A stretch of DNA of 64,000 bases, from assembly GCA_036479435.1 (NCBI GenBank), contig JAZGFI010000243.1, positions 32,001-96,000 of the forward strand, written 5' to 3'. Shown piece after piece: positions 58,918-64,000 of the stretch (the stretch's first letter is position 1; every line of letters starts with the position of its first letter). Under the pieces are notes generated by a model, which was not told the DNA's origin, searched no databases, and saw only the letters and a list, made by a program, of their open reading frames with translations. Source of the stretch: Planctomycetota bacterium (GTDB taxonomy: Bacteria; Planctomycetota; GCA-002687715; DRQF01). Made by a program: the position numbers and the translations under genes.

Positions 58918-60621
58918 ATGTCGAGAAACTTCAAGACCCTCTTGATTGCGCTCGCGCTCACTGGAGCCTTTGGCGCCAAAGCCATGGCGCAATACCCGCC
59001 GGTGCTGCAACCGGTCGAGAACCCCATTACCGTTGACAAAGCGATTCTCGGCAAGATCTTGTTTTGGGACGAGCAACTCAGCTCGACCAACTCAATGGCT
59101 TGCGGCACCTGCCACTTTCCGTCCCAGGGCGGAACCGACGCGCGCTCGGGCGATGACGATTCGCTCCACCCGGGTGCCAACGGCACTTTTGGCGATGGCG
59201 ACGAGACCATCGGCTCCAAAGGTGTTTTGTCCGCCAGCTTCGGCGGTCAACTGAACGACGACGGAACCTTTTTCCCGAACGTGCAGGTAACCGGTCGCAA
59301 AACGCCCAGTAACCTCGACGCCACTAACTTCCCTGACCTGTTCTGGGACGGCCGCGCCACTAGCGAATTCATCGATCCGCAAACGGGCGCTGTCGCCATC
59401 GCCGCTGGTGGTGGACTCGAAAGCCAGTCCGTGGGACCACCCCTTTCCAACGTCGAAATGGCGCACGGAAATCGCGGCTGGGATTCAATCGTCTTCAAGA
59501 TTGATCGCGTCGACCCCTTGCGTTTAGCCACCAACCTCACGCCTGACATCCAAGCGGCCCTGGCCGTCAACCCAACCTACCCTGCCCTTTTTGCGGCGGC
59601 CTTCGGTCCGGCGATGCCGGGCGATCCCTTGGTGTCCTCAAAGCGCATCGCTTTTGCCATCGCGACTTACCAGCGCACGCTCATTTCCGACCAGACTCCC
59701 TACGACGATTTCGTGGCGGGCAACATGTCGGCTTTGACCCTGGCCCAGCAAAACGGCCTGACGGCTTTCCAGGGCGCCGCTATGTGCACCACCTGTCACG
59801 CCGGCGAGCTGTTTTCGACGGGTCAATTCTTCAACACGGGCGTGGTCGATCCGAACATTGACATCGGACGCATGGCCGTCACCATGGACTCCTTAGACCT
59901 TGGACTCATGAAAACCCCCGGGCTTCGCAACGTTGGTTTGCGCGAGCCCACGGGCCTCTTCCACCATGGCGTCGGCAACGGCTCGAGCCTCACGAACGTG
60001 GTGTCGTTCTACAACACCGGCCCCAACTTCACGCAGAACACTTCGCCGCTTATTTTCGCTCTGGGACTTGGCGCCGGTACCGTGGCAGATATCGCCGACT
60101 TTTTGCGCTTCGGTCTCACTGACCCCCGCGCCGCGAGTGAAACCGGCGTCTTCAGTCGCCCGACTCTCCGCTCGGAAGAAGATGCCCTGCAAAACCCGGC
60201 AACGTCCTCACGCTTTTTCTTCGGTGGTCTTGCTGCGCTGCAACACGCGGCGGGCCACACCCCGAAGATGCTCGTCGAAGGTCCGCCGAGTCGCGAGAAC
60301 ACCTTCTTCACGATTGGACTTGGCAACACCAACTCCAACACCACGGCCTATTTGGTCTCCGGTGACCTGGAACCCTCCGGCATTGTCGGATCGATCCCCT
60401 TCCCGGTCTTCATCCAGAACAACGCACAGCTTGAGATCACCGGCATCATCACCCAGGGTGGCGCTAACCCCGGCGATGGATTCGGTTCCTTCACGATCTC
60501 GATTAGCGACAACCCCGCGTTGGTTGGATTCGTCGTTTCGGCGCAGTGGTTCGTCGTCGACTTGGCCGCTACCAACGGTTTCGCTTCGACGGAAGCGGTG
60601 CGTTTGAGCATCCTTCCCTAG
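58918..60621 (+). CDS. Diheme cytochrome c peroxidase/MauG-superfamily protein with C-terminal shared module
   Basis: CGTCH and CTTCH; LGKILFWD, FWDGRA, KTPGLRNV; signal peptide. Confidence 0.9.
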   Translation: MSRNFKTLLIALALTGAFGAKAMAQYPPVLQPVENPITVDKAILGKILFWDEQLSSTNSMACGTCHFPSQGGTDARSGDDDSLHPGANGTFGDGDETIGSKGVLSASFGGQLNDDGTFFPNVQVTGRKTPSNLDATNFPDLFWDGRATSEFIDPQTGAVAIAAGGGLESQSVGPPLSNVEMAHGNRGWDSIVFKIDRVDPLRLATNLTPDIQAALAVNPTYPALFAAAFGPAMPGDPLVSSKRIAFAIATYQRTLISDQTPYDDFVAGNMSALTLAQQNGLTAFQGAAMCTTCHAGELFSTGQFFNTGVVDPNIDIGRMAVTMDSLDLGLMKTPGLRNVGLREPTGLFHHGVGNGSSLTNVVSFYNTGPNFTQNTSPLIFALGLGAGTVADIADFLRFGLTDPRAASETGVFSRPTLRSEEDALQNPATSSRFFFGGLAALQHAAGHTPKMLVEGPPSRENTFFTIGLGNTNSNTTAYLVSGDLEPSGIVGSIPFPVFIQNNAQLEITGIITQGGANPGDGFGSFTISISDNPALVGFVVSAQWFVVDLAATNGFASTEAVRLSILP

Positions 60622-60644
60622 TTTGAAGACCTCCTAGCCGCTCT

Positions 60645-60684
60645 AAAGCCCGCAGCTTCTTCGTGAAGCTGCGGGCTTTTTTTT
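60645..60684 (+). terminator. Intrinsic terminator
   Basis: AAAGCCCGCAGCTTC-TTCGT-GAAGCTGCGGGCTTT-TTTTT. Confidence 0.88.
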
Positions 60685-60704
60685 GGGGGTGAAGGAGTCG
60701 TAAG

Positions 60705-61166
60705 ATGGGCCAGTCAAAACAAAGGACTCGGCCCATGAAAGACCCCAGCTGGCTTGGCATTCGGCACGTGGCGCTCCGCGTTCATAACCTTGAAGGCTGC
60801 CTGCGCTTTTACAGCGATTTCTTGGGCTTTTCCATTGAGTGGCAGCCCGATCCCGACAGCATCTATTTGACGACCGGCCAAGACAATCTGGCTCTTCATC
60901 GTGACGACTCGATGTCCTCCCGAGGCGAAAGGTCGCAGGACCAGGCGCTCGATCATTTCGGCTTCGTCCTGACCGACATCGATGCCGTCGATGGCTGGGC
61001 CCAGCGCGCCGAAGAGTTCGGGGTCGAAATCGTCCAGGGATTGAAGACCCACCGCGATGGCGCCCGATCCTTCTACATGCTGGATCCGGACGGAAATAAG
61101 ATTCAAATCCTCTATCACCCCCCTCTGTCACACTTGCCCGGTGGTCGCGGCGACAAAAAAGGGTGA
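60705..61166 (+). CDS. VOC/glyoxalase family protein
   Basis: IRHVALRV..L...FY, LDHFGF, FYMLDPDGN. Confidence 0.88.
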   Translation: MGQSKQRTRPMKDPSWLGIRHVALRVHNLEGCLRFYSDFLGFSIEWQPDPDSIYLTTGQDNLALHRDDSMSSRGERSQDQALDHFGFVLTDIDAVDGWAQRAEEFGVEIVQGLKTHRDGARSFYMLDPDGNKIQILYHPPLSHLPGGRGDKKG

Positions 61167-61229
61167 CTTCAGCTACACTTCGAACCGTGCGCAAGTCCTG
61201 CGCCCAATCGAATTTCGAACGAGAGAGAC

Positions 61230-62519
61230 ATGGCGAAAGACGTTCAGATTGACATTGATGGCAAAGTCCTAACTTTCCCCGTCGTTGACGGCAGCGAGAA
61301 GGAAAGGGGGCTGGACATTGGCAAGCTACGTGCCGAGTCGGGTTACATCACGCTCGACCCGGGCTATGTCAATACCGGCTCCTGCGAGAGTACTATTTGT
61401 TTCATCGATGGCGAAAAGGGAATCCTTCGCTATCGCGGGTACCCGATTGAGGAGCTGTCAGAAAAGACTGATTTCCTTGAGACCGCTTACTTGCTCCTGC
61501 ACGGCGAGTTGCCGACGAAAACCGAACTAACCGGGTTCAAGGCCCAGGTCAATCGGCACACCATGCTTCACGAAGACATGAAGCATTTCTTCGATGCGGT
61601 TTCGAGCTACGCGCATCCGATGGCCGTCTTGGCCGCGATGGTTTGCAACCTCGCTAGCTACTACCCCGGCGAACAGGATCCGAACAATCCCGAGCACCGC
61701 GCGATTTCCTATATTCGGCTGTTGGCAAAGGTGCCGACCATCGCGGCTCTGTCTTACAAAAAGTCAATCGGCCAGCCGGTGATCTACCCGCAGAACAACC
61801 TTTCGTACACCGCGAATTTTCTGCACATGATGTTTGCCACGCCCTGTGAAGACTACGAAGTCAATCAGGATATCGTCGATGCCTTGAACTTGATCATGGT
61901 CTTGCACGCCGATCACGAGCAGAACTGCAGCACCTCGACCGTGCGAATGGTCGGCTCTTCCGATGCCAACCTTTACGCTTCAATCTCGGCTGGAATCTGC
62001 GCCCTCTGGGGGCCGCTCCACGGCGGTGCTAACCAAAAAGTCATCGAGATGCTGGGTCAAATCGCCGCCGATGGCGACGACGGCACCAAGTTCTTAAAGA
62101 AGGTCAAAGACAAAAAATCCGGCATCCGCCTGATGGGTTTTGGCCACCGCGTCTACAAAAACTTCGATCCGCGCGCCAAGATCATCAAGGGCGCCTGCGA
62201 CCGTGTTCTTGAGACCTTGGGTGTCGACGACCCCCTGCTCGACATCGCCAAGAGGCTCGAAGAAGTCGCCCTCAAAGACGACTACTTCATCCAAAGAAAA
62301 CTCTATCCCAACGTCGACTTTTATAGTGGCATCGTCTACCGCGCGATCGGAATCCCAACCGACATGTTCACCGTCATGTTCGCGATGGGCCGAATGCCGG
62401 GCTGGATGGCACATTGGAAGGAAATGCACGAAGCAGATTCCTCCCGCATCAGCCGACCGCGCCAAATCTACACGGGCTCCGCTCTAAGGGATTTTGTTCC
62501 GATGAGTCAGCGCGGATAG
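61230..62519 (+). CDS. gltA: Citrate synthase (type II)
   Basis: LHADHEQNCST, GPLHGGAN, MGFGHRVYK, YPNVDFYSG. Confidence 0.97.
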   Translation: MAKDVQIDIDGKVLTFPVVDGSEKERGLDIGKLRAESGYITLDPGYVNTGSCESTICFIDGEKGILRYRGYPIEELSEKTDFLETAYLLLHGELPTKTELTGFKAQVNRHTMLHEDMKHFFDAVSSYAHPMAVLAAMVCNLASYYPGEQDPNNPEHRAISYIRLLAKVPTIAALSYKKSIGQPVIYPQNNLSYTANFLHMMFATPCEDYEVNQDIVDALNLIMVLHADHEQNCSTSTVRMVGSSDANLYASISAGICALWGPLHGGANQKVIEMLGQIAADGDDGTKFLKKVKDKKSGIRLMGFGHRVYKNFDPRAKIIKGACDRVLETLGVDDPLLDIAKRLEEVALKDDYFIQRKLYPNVDFYSGIVYRAIGIPTDMFTVMFAMGRMPGWMAHWKEMHEADSSRISRPRQIYTGSALRDFVPMSQRG

Positions 62520-62535
62520 ATCACAAACGTTCAGG

Positions 62536-62565
62536 AGGCGTCCGGGGAATCCCGGGCGCCTTTTT
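62536..62565 (+). terminator. Intrinsic terminator after gltA
   Basis: AGGCGTCCGGG-GAAT-CCCGGGCGCCT-TTTT. Confidence 0.75.
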
Positions 62566-62592
62566 CTAGTTTCCCCGGAGTGGATAAGCGTC

Positions 62593-64000
62593 ATGTCGAT
62601 TCGCAATGTCGCCTTGCTCTTGGCCCTCTACGTGCTCGGCCTAGCATGGATGTCTTCGAGTTCTCGAGGGCAGTCCGGCAAGTCCGGCTTGACAACCGCC
62701 GACGTCTTGTCGCTCCAGCAAGTGAGTGCGACTGCGATCTCACCCGACGGAAAGTGGATCGCCTATACCCTCGTGGTGCCGCGGCGCGCGGACCAAGCCA
62801 ACGGTTCGGCCTATACCGAATTGCATGTCGTTTCCTTCGACGGCAAGACGCGGCGAGGGTTCATTACCGGGGCCGTTTCGGTGGGGACTTTAGGCTGGAC
62901 TGCGACCTCCAAAGACATCCTGTTCAGCATGAGGAAGTCCGGCGACAAAAAGACCAAGGTTCACGCCATTGCCATTGGTGGTGGCGAGTCACGTCCCTTT
63001 TTCGAACCGTCGGCATCGGTCCGCAACTGGGCCGTCGCTGCCGACGCTCGCTTCGTCGCCTACACCCGTTTGGAGGCGGCAGATGCCAAGCGCAGCAAAG
63101 AATCGAAGCTAGGTTTCGACCGCATCGTCTTCGAAGAAGAGGAGCGCACGGTGCAGCTTTATCTCTACGATCGAGAGAAAAAGACCGAGCGACTTCTAAA
63201 GACACCCGGCGCTGCCTGGGAATTGGGCTTTTCTCCCAGCGGCTTGCACCTCGCGGCATGGATCAGCCCCACCGCCCGGGTTGACGATCGCTACATGGAG
63301 AAAAAACTCTACGTCGCCAATCTAAACGACAGTGAATTCAAACTCCTCGCCGGCAATCCAGGCAAAGTCGGCAACTTTGCCTGGTGTCCAGATGGCAGCA
63401 AGATCGCCTTCATCGCGGCCCATGACATTAACGATCCCAAAGAGAGCCAAATCGACATTGTTCCGAGTGCGGGAGGCAAAGTCGTTCGCCTCAGCAAAGT
63501 GACTTTTGAAGGCCATCCCGCCGAGCTCAAGTGGCTCGACCGCAAGACCCTCGGCTTCATCACCTCGATGGGCTGCCGAAGGTCATTGGCAACTCTGAGT
63601 GTCGATGAGGGCTGGAACAGTCTTAAGCATGTCATCCCACTCGGTCGCGGCAACTGGCAGCACTGGTCCTTATCACTTCAGACCGGACGCATCGCTCTCA
63701 TTGGCGATAGCCCGGCGTACCCACGCGAGCTCTTTGCGGGCCGTGCGGGCTCCGATACCACTCAGCGCCTCACCGTCAGCAACCCGGTCCTGGCCGAGCG
63801 CCGCCTCGCCAAGCAAGAGGTCGTCCGCTATCCCGCCCGCGACGGGCTCATGATCGAAGGGGTCTTGGTCCACCCCTTGGACAAACCTCAGGGGCCAGCG
63901 CCCATGATCATGGTCATCCATGGCGGCCCGGAAGCTCACCACTCGAACGGTTGGCTTAGTGCCTACTCCATGCCCGGCCAAGTTGCCGCCGCCAAGGGCT
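62593..64000 (+). CDS. S9-family (prolyl oligopeptidase-like) peptidase, partial, runs off the window
   Basis: Manual translation from ATG 62593 gives a signal peptide, AISPDGKWIAY, and near the edge RDGLMIEG...VIHGGPE. Missing from the ORF track because there is no stop in the window. Confidence 0.85.
   Translation, partial: MSIRNVALLLALYVLGLAWMSSSSRGQSGKSGLTTADVLSLQQVSATAISPDGKWIAYTLVVPRRADQANGSAYTELHVVSFDGKTRRGFITGAVSVGTLGWTATSKDILFSMRKSGDKKTKVHAIAIGGGESRPFFEPSASVRNWAVAADARFVAYTRLEAADAKRSKESKLGFDRIVFEEEERTVQLYLYDREKKTERLLKTPGAAWELGFSPSGLHLAAWISPTARVDDRYMEKKLYVANLNDSEFKLLAGNPGKVGNFAWCPDGSKIAFIAAHDINDPKESQIDIVPSAGGKVVRLSKVTFEGHPAELKWLDRKTLGFITSMGCRRSLATLSVDEGWNSLKHVIPLGRGNWQHWSLSLQTGRIALIGDSPAYPRELFAGRAGSDTTQRLTVSNPVLAERRLAKQEVVRYPARDGLMIEGVLVHPLDKPQGPAPMIMVIHGGPEAHHSNGWLSAYSMPGQVAAAKG

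Noticed and set aside
62580..63284. 234-aa ORF in the provided track
   Set aside because: Alternative frame overlapping the S9 peptidase that starts at 62593.
1..64000. CRISPR array, rRNA, prophage or retron/RT system
   Set aside because: No regularly spaced repeats, rRNA-like stretch, phage structural genes or RT motifs were seen.

Overview
GC-rich bacterial chromosomal segment. The gene content (secreted LRR, FG-GAP, diheme-peroxidase and BPI-like proteins, an HPF-sigma fusion, a histone) suggests an uncultured Planctomycetota-like organism; this is inference only. Bases 1-9.2 kb form a decaying accessory zone: the end of an EboF-like gene, gene fragments, a secreted LRR protein, a truncated IS3 element, an orphan Phd/YefM antitoxin whose toxin is cut after 11 codons, and a coupled HopA1-like lyase/LanC-like pair with altered motifs and no visible precursor or kinase. 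The rest is mostly core and envelope genes: truB, acs, a MacAB-TolC-type exporter, a deoxyhypusine-synthase-like gene, maf, pfk, fbp, an AI-2E/MutS-like/MoxR-AAA operon, ygiQ, MATE, iaaA, an M1 peptidase, sthA, gltA and a partial S9 peptidase. The main highlight is a 71-aa bacterial histone with a Lys-rich N-terminal tail, embedded in a tRNA cluster (Lys, His | histone | Arg, Arg) and apparently co-transcribed with tRNA-Arg(CCG). Other highlights are an HPF/RaiA-sigma70 region 4 fusion, a ~95-aa module shared by three unrelated secreted proteins, a 179-bp MITE (17-bp TIRs, TTA duplication) found at stop codons, an HTH_40-PLD fusion and a YehM/YehP-like AAA partner. All family assignments come from motif recognition by eye; no database searches were run.
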